Numbered from the stretch's first letter, positions 37,401 to 49,800 are shown. The stretch: 64,000 nt of DNA from Tubiluchus corallicola (GCA_030141605.1 JAQGDQ010000150.1:124001-188000); one strand, 5' to 3'. The notes: generated by a model from the letters alone, not told the origin. Program-made: numbers and translations.

Positions 37401-40400
37401 CCGATATACCAGCGAAGAAAAAAGGTATTATTCTGGTAACATTACTCTAGTTAAAACAATCCAATAGTTCTGTATATACCTTTGTTTACATTTATTTTGT
37501 ATTTTGTCAGAATAAATTATTTAACGTGCATGCAAAGAGGCATTGCATTAAAATAGATATAAAGTCAGTTTTCCTTTTTTTCAAAATTACAGTGTAAACA
37601 CTATAAATGGTATTACATGTAAGTATCCTTACATAATGCTTAAGTACATCTTTTAAAGTTTTTTTATCTATAGTGTATATGGTCATTGCTGCACTATGGA
37701 TCTTCTCTTAACAGTAAATGTGCTAATGGAAATGTTAGAAGTGCTTTTCATTGCAGGTAGCCTGGCAAAAAACAAAAGAAGTAGCAGTAAAAGCAAAAAT
37801 GTGAATAACAAAATGGGTTTCAGCCAAGATTTAACTAACGTCTCAAAGCAAGCAGTCACAAAACTGAGAGCAGGGTATGTCTTGATTTACCTAGTTAACG
37901 ATATTGGAAAACCATTGTACTTGTATGTATGATAATTAGCTAGCTGTAAGGCTTACTGAGGTTTGCAGAAAACAAAACAGTGGAATTCCGCTGTTTTGTT
38001 TTCCGCAAATATCAGTAAGCAGAAATGCAAAACAATAGAAAATCTGGAAACCGTGAACTGAAAACTGTGGACTATGAGTTTTGGAAAACATGGCATGGAA
38101 TAGATGCTGAGAGGGTGGACAAGGGTTTTAGCAACAACTGAAAATGCAATTTTTCAACAAAACTTCTATTTATTATAGAGGATTTAGAAAATAAACTGCA
38201 TCTGATACAGGCTTCTCCAAAAATTTTTTTTCACAAGTCTTAGGCAGTGTGGCTTAGATGTGCACCTAGGTTTTGAAAGGTTGGGATTCTTTTAAGGAGG
38301 CCCATGGTAGGAGCCAAAACGTGAAAATTAGGACAGATAGTTTTGTCACTTAACTCCTCTTACACTTTGACCAGGCATCACTGTTTATGTGTGTGTTTCT
38401 AGCCGAGCAAGTGTAAATGTACAGTAAGTGCCTTTCGAAAAGTGAACTTGGCTAAGTCAAGCGATACAGGCACAAGAATGTTAAAACGTCTTGTTAATAA
38501 CTTCATAAGTATAACAACTAGATTTACGAAACTTACAGGATAGATATCTGTGATAGATGTTCAGAGACCGGCATGTGACAGTGACCTCCCATTCAAAGGT
38601 CACAGCAGCAGGAGTCAAAATGTGAAAATTAGAGTAAATGAGTAATTTTGTCACTGAACTCGTCTTACAGTATTTGACTGGGAGTCTATGCTGTTGCATT
38701 TATTAGAGGTCAGGTAAGGGTATATGTGCACTAAATATTTTTCAAAAAGTGGGCCTGGTCTAGTCACATGACACAAGTAAAAGTGTTAAAATTTAGTATA
38801 ACAGCCACAAAACTTGCAGTGTAGATACCTGAGATGGGTTATCAGAGATAATGAGATAGACGACAAGGAGCATTAAGTATTTTTTAGAATGTAGGCGGTG
38901 CCAAGTTACAGGACATGGGCAAAAGTGTTAAAACAAGTGTTTTGTTAATAACTGGAAAAGTTAAAAAGCTGGAATAGTACAAGTACATTAAACATCAGTT
39001 TAAGGACAGTTTCCTTAGTTTCTATCTCCTAGTTTTTCATCTAGGGCCACATTTTTTGGCATGTGGCTAGGTGGTGTCGCATTCTTGCCACATGGCTAAG
39101 TATGGGTCATATAGATATGGAAAAAAATTGTTAGGGGCCCAAAACCCAAAAATGAGTCAGGCGTTTTTTTATTGTCGAGGAAGGGTTGAGAGGGCCGATT
39201 TAAATTGGTTGACATCTGACCCGGGAGTTGCAGATCACAATGTATCAAGTTGTGACTTCATTGAAACGAAATGTTATTATAGGATAATCAAGTGTGGCTA
39301 ATTTACTGAAAGCAATATTAAGACATTCAGTCCTCTAACCCGTGTTGTTACTTGACTCAAAAGTGGCAAGTTAAGATTACATGGAAACAAAATGCAATTC
39401 TTAGGTAACCTAGTTCAGCAAAGGCGAAATTGCAATCTTGAAACCAAGGTTAAGGTCAGCAAAGATTTTCCAACATTTTCCATTTCATAGTACAAACACT
39501 GTGCAGATTAGTGCAATAGCAGCAAACCTGTGCTCATTTTGCCATTCCAGCTGCAATTCTCGTCGTATTGCAGAATCTTAATTATTATAGTCTAATACAG
39601 AAAGAAAAGTTCAGGATCCATACAAGTGTATCTTGAAATAAACCAAAACATCCAAACAAGTTTCCCTATCCAAGTCTTAACTTGGAAACAACTGAACAGG
39701 TTTAACAATCAAGTGTCTTCAGCTATTTAAGCAATGTAAAAGCAATGGTGGTCTTGATCACATACTCATAAAACAAATTTGTCATGATTACCGACAATGG
39801 CGTGCAGTCCATGCATGAAACACATGCACTGCATGCCTTCTAATTCTCAAAAATTAATTACGATGTAAAAAGCACTTGTAAATATTTCTAATAATTAACT
39901 ATTATTGCTAACATTTATTAACATTTTACGCTCGTATTGTATTGTAACGTCGGTAGGCTATTAGTTTTGTAAAACCATTACACTTACGTTACGTTACCAA
40001 TACGTTACCTACAAAAGTTATAAATAAATTTGCCTAAAAATTGACTTACTATTTTTCACGTTTGTGTACCAGAATTTAGATCTCATTTGAAGCCTCCAAA
40101 ATACCGTTAAATACAGGATAATGCGTTGGTGGCCGGGGTTCCGCCCCATACCCCACTGGGGGAGCTTACAGCACTCCCGCAGACTCCTAGCTGGTTGCAT
40201 GTGTTGTTCTATGACCCATTGTGTGCCACTAATTACTGATTACTTTAGAAAGCTGTAATCAGATTGCATACTATTGATCAATTTCAATAAAGGTAATCTC
40301 ATACTTTTTGCAGTATAGAAGCCCAGGAAGTGATAAAGACAATTTAAAATTAACAATTGTACACGATAAGTATATGAAAGACAGAAATTGCAAATAACAT

Positions 40401-42913
40401 TGTTTTATTTGTATTACAGACTCAGTTGGTCAATCCTCATATTTAGGCCTGTATTAAGTTTCTAAACGAGAGTAAAATTTTTAATTAGAAAATTGTAATC
40501 AGTGACTAACTTGCATGTATTAATGCCATATCAATCATGATGATAAAAAAGTTAATTTGACATCTACATCATCTTTTATCAGCTACAATTACAGAATGCA
40601 TTACAATTACGTTCCATTAGCAAAGTATACATATACAAATAAATAAGCCTAATACTTCCATTTTTGCAGTTTCTAATTTGCAACTACCTGAATTCCCATC
40701 TTACATGCTTCTCCTTTTATAACCTGGCCATATTTTCTGGATATTGTGGTCTGCAGTTTTCCCGATATTCTGCAGATTCCCGTTCGCGTCTTCCGGATAT
40801 TCCGCAGACTTCAGTTCGCAGTTTCGGGATGTGCTGCAGGCTCCGGTTCTGAGCTTCCAGATATTCCACCGCAAACTCCAGCTCAAAGTTTCCTGATATT
40901 CTGCAGATTTCGGTTAGCGGTTTCCAGGTATTCTGCAGATTCAGGTTCGCAGTTCCTGGATATTTTGCAGACTCCGGTTCATAGTTTCCAGATATTCTGC
41001 AGACTCCGGTTCACAGTTCCCGGATAACCCGCAGATTCCTTTTCACAGTTTCCAGATATTCCGTAGATACCAGTTCGCAGTTTCCAGATATTTCACAAAT
41101 TTTGGTTCACAGTTCCCGGATAACCTGCAGATTCCTTTTCACAGTTTCTGGATTCCCCCTTACAGACCTCTTCCTATCGATTCTTTGTCACATTTTACAA
41201 AAACCCAGTCGGTAGTTTCTGGACATTCCTCAGTTTTGCTGTTTTGCAAAGTTTGTGTTCCTTAAATCTCAGTAAGGCAGCTGTAACTATTATAATAGCT
41301 TTCACATTTAAATGCATTTTAATTAAACTTGCCCATTGCAGAGTGTTAGTGCTATGACCGACCTCATTTTTCTAAACCAGAGTTAGCTGTGCAAAAATGT
41401 AACTAAAAAATACGAAGAATATTGTGAAGTATCTCTTGCAAGTATATTGCTATACAAGTCAAATTTAATGACATTAAGTTAGTTTATAATCTCTAAAAAT
41501 AGTTGCTGAGATATTATTCAGTTTGCAGTCATTTACATTAGCCAGTGACACAATATTGTTGTTCTGCTTACTTATCTGTAATCTATCTGGAGTATGTGTG
41601 TTGTTGCGCTTATGGATTTGGAAGGTTATCAAATCATCGAATTTTGAGATGATGAAGTAATTAACAGAATAAAGCTGTAAAACAGTTGTTCAAAGCATTA
41701 TAATAAATATTTTGGGTTGTCTGTTTCAGCACCATTCCAGACGATGGCAATCTAATGTTACCATATACACTTACCTTTGAATTTATTGGTATTTGTCTTT
41801 GATGTGAATGTGATCAAATATTTTTCTTTTTAGACCTTCGTACAAGGAACGAAAAGAAATGGGATTATTCAAGAAGAAAACTTCTAAAGGAAAATTTAAA
41901 TCAAGAAGCAGGTAGATCTTTTTTGTTTTATAAGTTACAGATCACCAAGAGTCAGTGACGTGGGGGGTGGTTGGCCGCCCCTTCATTAAACATAAACATC
42001 TTCGACTGCTACAATCACACGTTTATGGAAGATTTACATTTCATTTATTGATTGATGAACAGTGTAATAATGATAAAAATTTAAACCTGTGGAGATAAAT
42101 TGATAGGCAGTAATAAAAAAATTGAATAATTCAGTTTAAAACATATAACAGAATAATAGTTGAAAAGGAGTGAAAGGTTTAAAGTAAAAAAATGTGAAAA
42201 GCCCTGGACAACTTATATATTTACCCACATATATGAAAGAACATTGAATTAAGGTATCTATTCTTAACGAGAATAGGAAAAACACTGAACATGAGTGTTT
42301 AACTTTCTGACCTTTCAAATTGCGAAGTCCTTTATGATTTCTTCAACATCAAGTGATTCAGTATTTCTTTTTCAATAGAAAGAATCAGTAAGATAGTGTG
42401 CCTATGATTGCTCATGGTTGAGCGAAGATAATTCTTTGTTAATTTCAACTTACAAAAACTCCACTCGCAGCTTACTGCAGTAAAGAACTACGTTCAGTAA
42501 TACCCAATAAGCATTTATAACTTCAGAATGCCTGGATCTTTAATATACTTTACGTTTCTTTTCAAAATATGTGATAAGTTAGAAGGAAGCAGAAACTGAA
42601 TCGCCATGCTACTTTGCTATTTCTAATTTTGCTTTCAAATGCTAGGAAACTATGAACATTTTTGTGTATTTTAATAACCAGGATTAACAAAGAAAATTTC
42701 TCCTTTCTTTGATACCTGTTCCTTTCATGCACTTTACTTGATATGGCAGCAAAAGTAGTCAATATATAGTAGCCATACTTCAGTATTTGAAAATAGAAAA
42801 AGACAGCTACTGGTTTGGAAATGAAAGTTATAATATTTCCAGTGCCATTGCTACAGAGTGAAGGATAGTGCTTTTGTTATGATGCATTACATTTCAGGTA
42901 CAAACGAAAGTGA
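22360..42913 (+). CDS. DDX27: DEAD-box RNA helicase DDX27 / Drs1 ortholog, complete, about 777 aa
   Basis: join(22360..22458,22662..22865,26411..26546,26872..26966,29310..29399,29509..29614,31138..31311,31620..31770,32652..32751,34568..34709,35029..35264,35784..35866,35962..36056,36650..36856,37125..37207,37304..37424,37757..37874,41834..41911,42898..42913) = 2334 nt, in frame. It contains the Q motif (PTPIQ), AATGTGKT, PTRELA, TPGRL, DEAD, SAT, ARGLD and [10 protein letters not shown]. The DDX27-type N-terminus ([10 protein letters not shown]) and C-terminus (KFKSRSRYKRK*) are present. An alternative ATG lies at 22372. Confidence 0.96.
22662..22865 (+). CDS. DDX27: DDX27 coding exon 2
   Basis: [25 protein letters not shown]...[19 protein letters not shown]. 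Confidence 0.88.
23204..24047 (+). mobile_element. Tc1/mariner (pogo-like) MITE, copy 1
   Basis: TA|CATTAGGTTCCGTTTAATAGACTCAC...GTGAGTCTGTTAAACGGTGCCTACTG|TA; collinear with copies 2 and 3. Confidence 0.85.
25387..26211 (+). mobile_element. Tc1/mariner (pogo-like) MITE, copy 2 (diverged centre)
   Basis: TA|GAGTAGGCCTTGCTTAATAACCTCAC...GTGAGTTTATTAAGCAGCGTCTACTG|TA. Confidence 0.8.
26411..26546 (+). CDS. DDX27: DDX27 coding exon 3
   Basis: [20 protein letters not shown]...[11 protein letters not shown]; acidic low-complexity segment; tag acceptor, gtgagt donor. Confidence 0.78.
26872..26966 (+). CDS. DDX27: DDX27 coding exon 4
   Basis: [32 protein letters not shown]; restores phase after exon 3. 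Confidence 0.78.
27800..28620 (-). mobile_element. L2 LINE 3' remnant
   Basis: Minus-strand [19 protein letters not shown]..., degenerate version of the L2 DYCNSL/LQ.VQN.AAR C-terminal region. Confidence 0.6.
29310..29399 (+). CDS. DDX27: DDX27 coding exon 5
   Basis: [30 protein letters not shown] (start of Q motif). Confidence 0.92.
29509..29614 (+). CDS. DDX27: DDX27 coding exon 6
   Basis: [35 protein letters not shown](G). Confidence 0.95.
31138..31311 (+). CDS. DDX27: DDX27 coding exon 7
   Basis: [57 protein letters not shown]. Confidence 0.96.
31620..31770 (+). CDS. DDX27: DDX27 coding exon 8
   Basis: [50 protein letters not shown](R). Confidence 0.96.
32652..32751 (+). CDS. DDX27: DDX27 coding exon 9
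   Basis: [33 protein letters not shown]. Confidence 0.96.
32820..33673 (+). mobile_element. Tc1/mariner (pogo-like) MITE, copy 3
   Basis: TA|CAGTAGGTGCCGCTTAATAGACTCAC...GTGAATCTATTAAGCAGTGCCTACTG|TA; internal (TACTC/TATAC)n expansion at about 33436-33480. Confidence 0.88.
34568..34709 (+). CDS. DDX27: DDX27 coding exon 10
   Basis: [47 protein letters not shown]. Confidence 0.96.
35029..35264 (+). CDS. DDX27: DDX27 coding exon 11
   Basis: [25 protein letters not shown]...[12 protein letters not shown]...[15 protein letters not shown]. Confidence 0.96.
35784..35866 (+). CDS. DDX27: DDX27 coding exon 12
   Basis: [27 protein letters not shown](R), motif VI. Confidence 0.96.
35962..36056 (+). 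CDS. DDX27: DDX27 coding exon 13
   Basis: [31 protein letters not shown]. Confidence 0.95.
36650..36856 (+). CDS. DDX27: DDX27 coding exon 14
   Basis: [16 protein letters not shown]...[17 protein letters not shown]. Confidence 0.92.
37125..37207 (+). CDS. DDX27: DDX27 coding exon 15
   Basis: [27 protein letters not shown]; donor GTAAGT. Confidence 0.85.
37304..37424 (+). CDS. DDX27: DDX27 coding exon 16
   Basis: [40 protein letters not shown]. Confidence 0.88.
37757..37874 (+). CDS. DDX27: DDX27 coding exon 17
   Basis: [38 protein letters not shown](G). Confidence 0.88.
37950..41278. mobile_element. 3.3-kb non-autonomous DNA transposon with 8-bp TSD (Merlin-like) in DDX27 intron 17
   Basis: Exact TSD AGCTGTAA (37942-37949 / 41279-41286); TIRs GGCTTACTGAGGTTT / AAATCTCAGTAAGGC; a motif at 38041-38058 is the reverse complement of the right-side minisatellite unit. 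Confidence 0.75.
40757..41165. repeat. About 32-bp minisatellite (about 13 diverged units)
   Basis: Consensus about TTCCAGATATTCTGCAGACTCCGGTTCACAGT; explains the repetitive ORFs at 40664-41027. Confidence 0.9.
41834..41911 (+). CDS. DDX27: DDX27 coding exon 18
   Basis: [25 protein letters not shown](R). Confidence 0.9.
42898..42913 (+). CDS. DDX27: DDX27 last coding exon
   Basis: tttcag|G TAC AAA CGA AAG TGA = (R)YKRK*, matching the conserved basic C-terminus. Confidence 0.85.
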
Positions 42914-43081
42914 ACAATGGTATTAACACAACTTCACCAAGGATGCTAAAAACAGAAGCAGACTAAAGCCAAAATTTGATGATCGTGAACTGTTATTCTT
43001 TTGTGCAATTTTTTTTAAATTCTGAACTTGTATGTTTTGTCTTAAAAAAAATGTGCCAAGCAAATCTTATTGTCTATAAAA

Positions 43082-43087
43082 AATAAA
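43082..43087 (+). terminator. Candidate polyadenylation signal of DDX27
   Basis: AATAAA about 170 nt after the stop; a second AATAAA at 43401. Confidence 0.45.
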
Positions 43088-43729
43088 TATCAAGATGTAT
43101 TTAACAAACAAGATCAAGGTGTACTGTACAATAACGCTGATAAAGATGATACAGATATAACAAAAAAGCAATCCACTTGCAAATTCATGTAATGCTGAAA
43201 CAACACCCTTATATCAATCATCCAGTAAATATTTACAATTACGTGGGGGTAGCAAATACTGATGGTTCCAAACTTCCAAGTTTACTGCTACTGTGCACAT
43301 ATTGTTAAGAAGATGGTTCCAATTTTTTAAAAATTGTCTAAATTGTAGTTTTGTTACTTCAAATTTTTACCCAGAAGTGTTGATTTTGTGATTTGCATCT
43401 AATAAACTTTTTGCAAATTTGATAACATATTGCTTTATTAGCTAGCACCACTGCAGAAAGTTTCTACATCCATAATTATAGATTTGATCACTCAAATTAT
43501 CAACTTTGAGATTGAAACTAGCTGTGCATCACTGTTGATGGTCAACATGTCTGACTAATAATTACAAATTGTGTAGGTACAATGACATTAACTAAAAATC
43601 TATTTGGTTGTTTTCTAGAATAATTCACTTAAATAAATTAGAATAGTACTGCGTCAAGTTAGACAGATGTCTTTTATAATACTCTGAAAAAAATAGCTAA
43701 TTTCCAGATTTACAGACACAAGTTCAAAA

Positions 43730-43854
43730 CTATAAATAACTCTGCTGAGTCTTTTCCCACAACACATTTTCATCCTCATCAGCTTCATAATCTTCTGTTA
43801 ACAGATTCTTCATTTCTTGTTGTAATGTGTTTCTTTTAGAGGGCTGGGCATCTT
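43730..43854 (-). CDS. SLC35C2: SLC35C2 last coding exon (cytosolic acidic tail)
   Basis: (E)DAQPSKRNTLQQEMKNLLTEDYEADEDENVLWEKTQQSYL*; phase matches exon 8; low conservation. Confidence 0.75.
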
Positions 43855-46800
43855 CTGTAATACAAATTTTTTTAGGACACGTAACCTAAGTGTGAGCAGC
43901 TTTGTTCAAACAATTAGCAACATGCAGCAGCAGCAACAGCAGCAGTAGTATTTTATTGACAATAATAACATTACAAAATTTAAGGTAATAACATTACAAA
44001 AATTAACGCAGAGTTAGAAAAAAATGAATGTTAACAACAAATAACAATGCAGCGAGTTCATCGTAAATTTTCAAAATTGCTGACAAGAAGTTACCACAAA
44101 ATTAAGGCTTTAAATCAAATAGTTCTTGCACTCTGTTTAAATACAGATCATACTTTTCTCCAATTGGCTCAGATAATCTATAATGTACAATAACATGCGA
44201 CTCGTCTTGAACAGAGACATTAGATCACACCTGCATACACTGTTATCATGAGGAATGGATGGCCTGACCCATCTACCAATCTGACAAGACGACAGCATAA
44301 ACCTACTAAAACTTATTCGTAGAGATCAGGGATATCAGACAAATAAATTGCATGTCGTACTAACGCAGGGTGGAGGACTACATAGCAAGAATACCGACTT
44401 TTGTTTACACTTTTAGCCCGAATATTATCTACAATGTTGTCAGGAATGTAGTAACACTTACGAAAAGAATTAAATGCACGAGAGTGACAGACAAGATGAA
44501 TTATTAATTAATTGCCAAGCTAACATTAGGGGTTCATTAAACTTAAGATCACTTAGCTTTTTATCTAGGAAATATTTATGTCTTTTCAAAATTAAGTCTC
44601 TGACATTAGCCGTGTCTGCTTCTACAAGACGGATCATTAGTGCGGAGAGTTTTACTCCGAGCAATGTCTTGACCATTTTATTATATAAACATTCAAGACC
44701 TTCAAAATTGCATATGTAATTGCACTAGAAATATACAAGCTTCAGCGACTTTATGCTTCAAACAAAAGGGCATATTATAGTTGCCATTTACAAAGGTCAC
44801 ATACTTCAACATATGCTTCGTTTTGTCTTTAACATAAGCTTTCATGACAGAACTCATTTTACCATTGTCAGTAATAGGGGATCCAAGATACCAATATACT
44901 TTAGTATACTTCACTAAAAAATCATCAGTTACAATATTCTCTTTATCTACCTGAATACAATTAATAACCATAAATTGAGTTTTAATATTGTTCACTGTCA
45001 CACCGAAGTCATTACAAAAGTTTAACAAAATCCCTAATTTTTCATCAGAAGCTTCCATACTTGTAGCAGTCAAAGCCGTATCGTCCATTAGTGACAGACT
45101 ATGATAATTATGAAGAAAATTATCTGAGCCATACTTACAAATCACGGTCAATGTAAAACACAAACAACAAACATGGGAGTGCCTTGTTTTAATGCCCATG
45201 GAAGTATTTATAATAACAGTTTAAACAGAAAACGATTACAGCTGTACATGGCACGAATAATTAACAAATACCTTTGACCTGCATTCTTTAACATTAACAA
45301 TAATTTTGACCGCAGTACCCTGTCATAAGCCTGACAGAAATTTGGTAACAATATCCATAACTTCACATAATTTGCTTTAGTATATTCAGTTATCAGACGT
45401 AACGGCGTGGTTTGTTGAAGACACCTGCTGCCTGGCTACCCCTGGCCTGTTCTGTTTCGGGCTTGTACCAGACACAGAAACGTTTGGTCAAAATTAAATC
45501 AAAAATTTTACTCAGGCTACTCATTATCATTATCTCCCCTGTAACTGGCACACAGTTTGCGTGATCCCATTTGAAAAGAACAACTTAGATAAACACCACT
45601 GTGCGGAACATTTAACCATCATAAAAATGGCATTGAACAAGTTGACAATTAAAACACCCATATGGGAGGAAGCAAACAAAATACACCTGACAAGTTACCT
45701 TCGCATCCTGCCGCTTTATGTTGCTTAATTTCATGCAGTGCTTCCGCAAATTCAGGATCAGAAATATTGTCATCTAACACAGGTAACAAATGGTGAATTT
45801 GAAATTCTCAAGCGGTTCAGTAGGACGATTTAGCAAATTTACAAAATGAACACGAAATGCCTCGTTAAATGGTTCCTCCTCACTAACAGAGGACAATTGG
45901 TCATTCCAATCAGTAGTACACCATAAGTTTTTTGAGTCACTGCCAAAGTTATCAATAATATACTGTCACCAATGTACCTGACCTCCTCAAATACAATTTA
46001 ACATTGAATTTACTGTCTTAGAAATTTTGACAGATTCATACACTGTATCATTTATATAGGCTACAAAGTTGTCCAAATTTTGTACAGAAAATTGAGTATT
46101 AAGACCAAGGCTTAGGGTCCAGTAACTGTCTTGTAAATTTTGAAACGTCAACATCACTGTATCTTATTGGTGCTTTATCACAAGAAATAGGCTACACTGA
46201 AATAGCTGGTATACCTAAACTTGAGGCATTTGCCCAACCTGTTCTAAATTTATCTTTCGAATAGGCTTTCATAAATACAAAATCTTACTGGAGCCTGATC
46301 AGAACGAAAAACATTACTGTCAAATCTTGTGATGGACTGTCAACAAAGAACAAACTGCTTGCTACATAGTATGTGGTCGATTTCGGAAATGAAAGTGTTG
46401 TGCCTTTTAAAAGTCAAACCAGTTCTGAACACTTTACCATAAGCAATTAAGAACGAGTCCGCGAGAGCACCATGCAGGGGGTGGCACATGAGGGGTGACG
46501 AATTTATATCATTTTTTTCTAACATGAAGGGCGACCCCCAAAACCATGTAACCAAGATATCAAATCGTTCGGGCTACTATTGGCAGAGAAATGACCACAT
46601 CAAGAAATTGACCTCAAAGAGGCAAAAAATCGCTATTTCGGGTGGTTATTTTAACTTTTTCTCCTGTATAAACTATTACACATGGGTCGATGTAAGTTGG
46701 CTGGTACATAGACCCAGACATTGTCTTCTGATATCCTAACTTTTTCTGACATACTATTAATAGTATCAGAGAACGGGATTTTTCAAATTCGGCTCTTTGT

Positions 46801-49800
46801 TAAGAGTCCAGGGAGAGGTTAAGTTGTAAGGCTCATAACTCGCCCACTGCGGGGCTACAGAACTTCTGGTTTTCACGTATGTGTTAACCATCATCCTCAC
46901 TAATAATATAAAAAAGAAAATTCGCTGGAGCCTGTTTCAGTATTTAGTACTGGCACTTTAAAATTTCACAAAAATCAGCAAAATTCGCCTTTTTTGTAGT
47001 TGCTGGATTATAAGTGACAAATCTGTATTCTAAATTTCATGAAAACGCACGAGCTGAGATAATATCATGAATGACATTATACAGAGGGGCACTGTTAGAA
47101 AAAACTGCCTTATCAACACTCTTTTTTACTTTCCATAGTAATTCCGTCCATGTGTAAAAAGTAGACATACTCGGCTCAGGTCGTATAGGACAGTAAACAT
47201 TTAGCCACGTTTAACCTGCATTTTCTGTGACTAGTGCTCTCATTTCCTAGTAGCAATAGATTCCTTTGCCATGGAAATTGCTAGAAATTTGCGAATTTCA
47301 TCTTAAATTGGTTTAGTTTTGTCGGAATTTTCATATGACTACAAGTATGAATAATTGCCTCTTCTGATGGATTTCTGGACAGGACATCATGCATGCCCCA
47401 GGTACTGAGTCCGACCTTGATTCAGGGCATTCTTTACACACTGAATCGCTAATGGATACCAGGAAAGACTAAACAATAAGCCCTCTAATAGAAAAGAAGT
47501 ACCGATTGTTAAGATTGAAAGTCATTGCTAGCGAAAGAATCTGACCACATTCGGTATATACATATAAAATAGAAATCCGTTCATTTTTATACATCCGTTC
47601 ATTTTTTATACTTTTTATATGAATAAGTTTCATGGCTATACATAGAAGATTATGAATATCAGTACAAAAATGAAAAATTACAAAACTCAGTCAGAATTAA
47701 TTTCTCTAAGTCCAAAATACTGTTCATATTGTAGCAGCATAATCCTATCACTGAAGAGTAGTACATGTAATCAAAACCATAATATCTAAATAATAGAGAA
47801 AGAATTATCGATGCAGGTAGATTATCCCTAGAAGATAGATACAGAAATATAGACAAATATATCATGGGGAAAGTGATAAAGCGAAAATCTTACAGTCTAA
47901 ACATGAGACAATATAAGCGTATGGGCCGCTTCTGGGGGGATAGTGGTGATATTTAGCTCAGAAAATTTTTCTTCGGGGGAATGTTTTGGGCATTTGCTCA
48001 GATTTAGGACAATTTTTTTTGTGTCCTGGCTTGTACGCCTATGTAAGACAATGAGTAATAACTAGGTAATAACAGTAGATAAAACATTTTCCAGTCCTTG
48101 CAAGAAGCAATTTCCATTCCGTAGATATTTCATTTTTTTTAAGCTTGGAAGCGCTCTAAATGCAGTCCAGTGTCTTTAGTACAGGCTAATAGATTCACAA
48201 TATTCGTTTCGTGCGGATAACTAGTCACAATGCCACATTTAACGCTGGTAAACAGCCCAGAAAACAAACATTTTAGTTCAGCAGTGGCCGCCATCTTGAA
48301 TGCTGGAGTCCAATCCTGTCGGTAGTTTAACCAATGTGCTGGCCAGGCCCCTAGTTGCCAAAGATAAATATTTATGACGTTTTGAAGTATTTTGACAAGA
48401 TTTGACAACTCATGTTTATCTACACGAAGCTTTTTGATGAACGTTGTTACCTATATTTTCACCCTGATATATGCCTTTTTCAGGGGTCATTTACAATAGG
48501 GTGGAAATTCGCTCTATGGAAAACGAACATTTTAGTTCAGCAGTGGCCGCCATCTTGAATGCTGGAGTCCAATCCTGTCGGTAGTTTAACCAATGTGCTG
48601 GCCAGGCCCCTAGTTGCCAAAGATAAATATTTATGACGTTTTGAAGTATTTTGACAAGATTTGACAACTCATGTTTATCTACACGAAGCTTTTTGATGAA
48701 CGTTGTTACCTATATTTTCACCCTGATATATGCCTCTTTCAGGGGTCATTTACAATAGGGTGGAAATTCGCTCTATCGAAATTGTCACTGCAGCATAGTG
48801 GGATGGGACACTCTGTTCACATACATATCGATATTTTTGTCCCCGCCCCCGCAGTGGGTGAGATATAAGACTTTGAAATGACTGAGTATTTGCATCTTGT
48901 GCGTAATGCGAGCTTAAAGACTCCCCAGTAGAGCTGAAAGAGAGGGGTTTGGGAAAAAAGTCGAAAAGTCATTTTGGAGAAGATAACAAGACCCAATACT
49001 GTGCAGAGTCAGATCTATTCAAACTCAGTGGTTGCTGCATGGTTAATCCTTCAAATATGAGTAAAATATAGAGAAAAATAGTCATTTTTTCATGAAATTC
49101 GGCCTATGCCGTACTTCTGCTACTATGAGGAGTTGGGCTAAGCGGATTCACATAGTGAATACCAGTGACTAGTGGACCTCATACCCAAACTTTGGTCTGA
49201 ATCGGTTTACCTAACCTTGTGCCGGAATTTTTCGATTTTGCATGGTCTTCTCGTGGACGCGTTCTTAAATTGTTAACAATTAACAATCATTATCAGCTGC
49301 TATATCTTTTAGAATTCTACCTGAAGTATTTGAAGTCTGGTCATCACTTGCTACATAGAACACATTTCATTACGAAGACAAAGAAGCGTAATCACCGATG
49401 TCGGCGTTTAAATCCCCACCTAGCACGATGTCTTTGCTGCTATACACACGTATGTTTCTCTCGTAATTTTGCAAACAAGTTGTTGTCATAATAACATTAA
49501 TCTACTGCAGGGAATATATGAAAAACCAAATGCAATGTTTGGATAACAGGAAAATTCTATCCAGATGGATTGGGTAGTACACAAAGTATTTTTCCAAAGA
49601 GTCTGTTATTGTCTGTTTTCTCAGAGTGAAATTTTATTGCTGCAAGTTTCCTCCGAGTTTAGTTTCATTGAATGATATTCAATACTCAAGCTTTCAGTAG
49701 ATTCACTTTGGTATCAGTATTGAAATATTGCTATGAAAAATACATATTACAACTTGCCTTTGGAATGTATAGCTTTCAAAATGACATGTAATGTTATGCC

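Noticed and set aside
40664-41027. Repetitive ORFs / CRISPR-like periodicity
   Set aside because: Head-to-tail 32-bp minisatellite with no unique spacers, in a eukaryotic intron; the ORFs are by-products
43922-43950. (CAG)n polyglutamine-like tract
   Set aside because: It is the 3' microsatellite tail of the minus-strand LINE, and it is intronic
46800-49268. Kolobok-like element bounded by TTAA
   Set aside because: The right end (TTAA at 49265-49268) looks transposon-like, but the left match is weak and falls inside the LINE remnant
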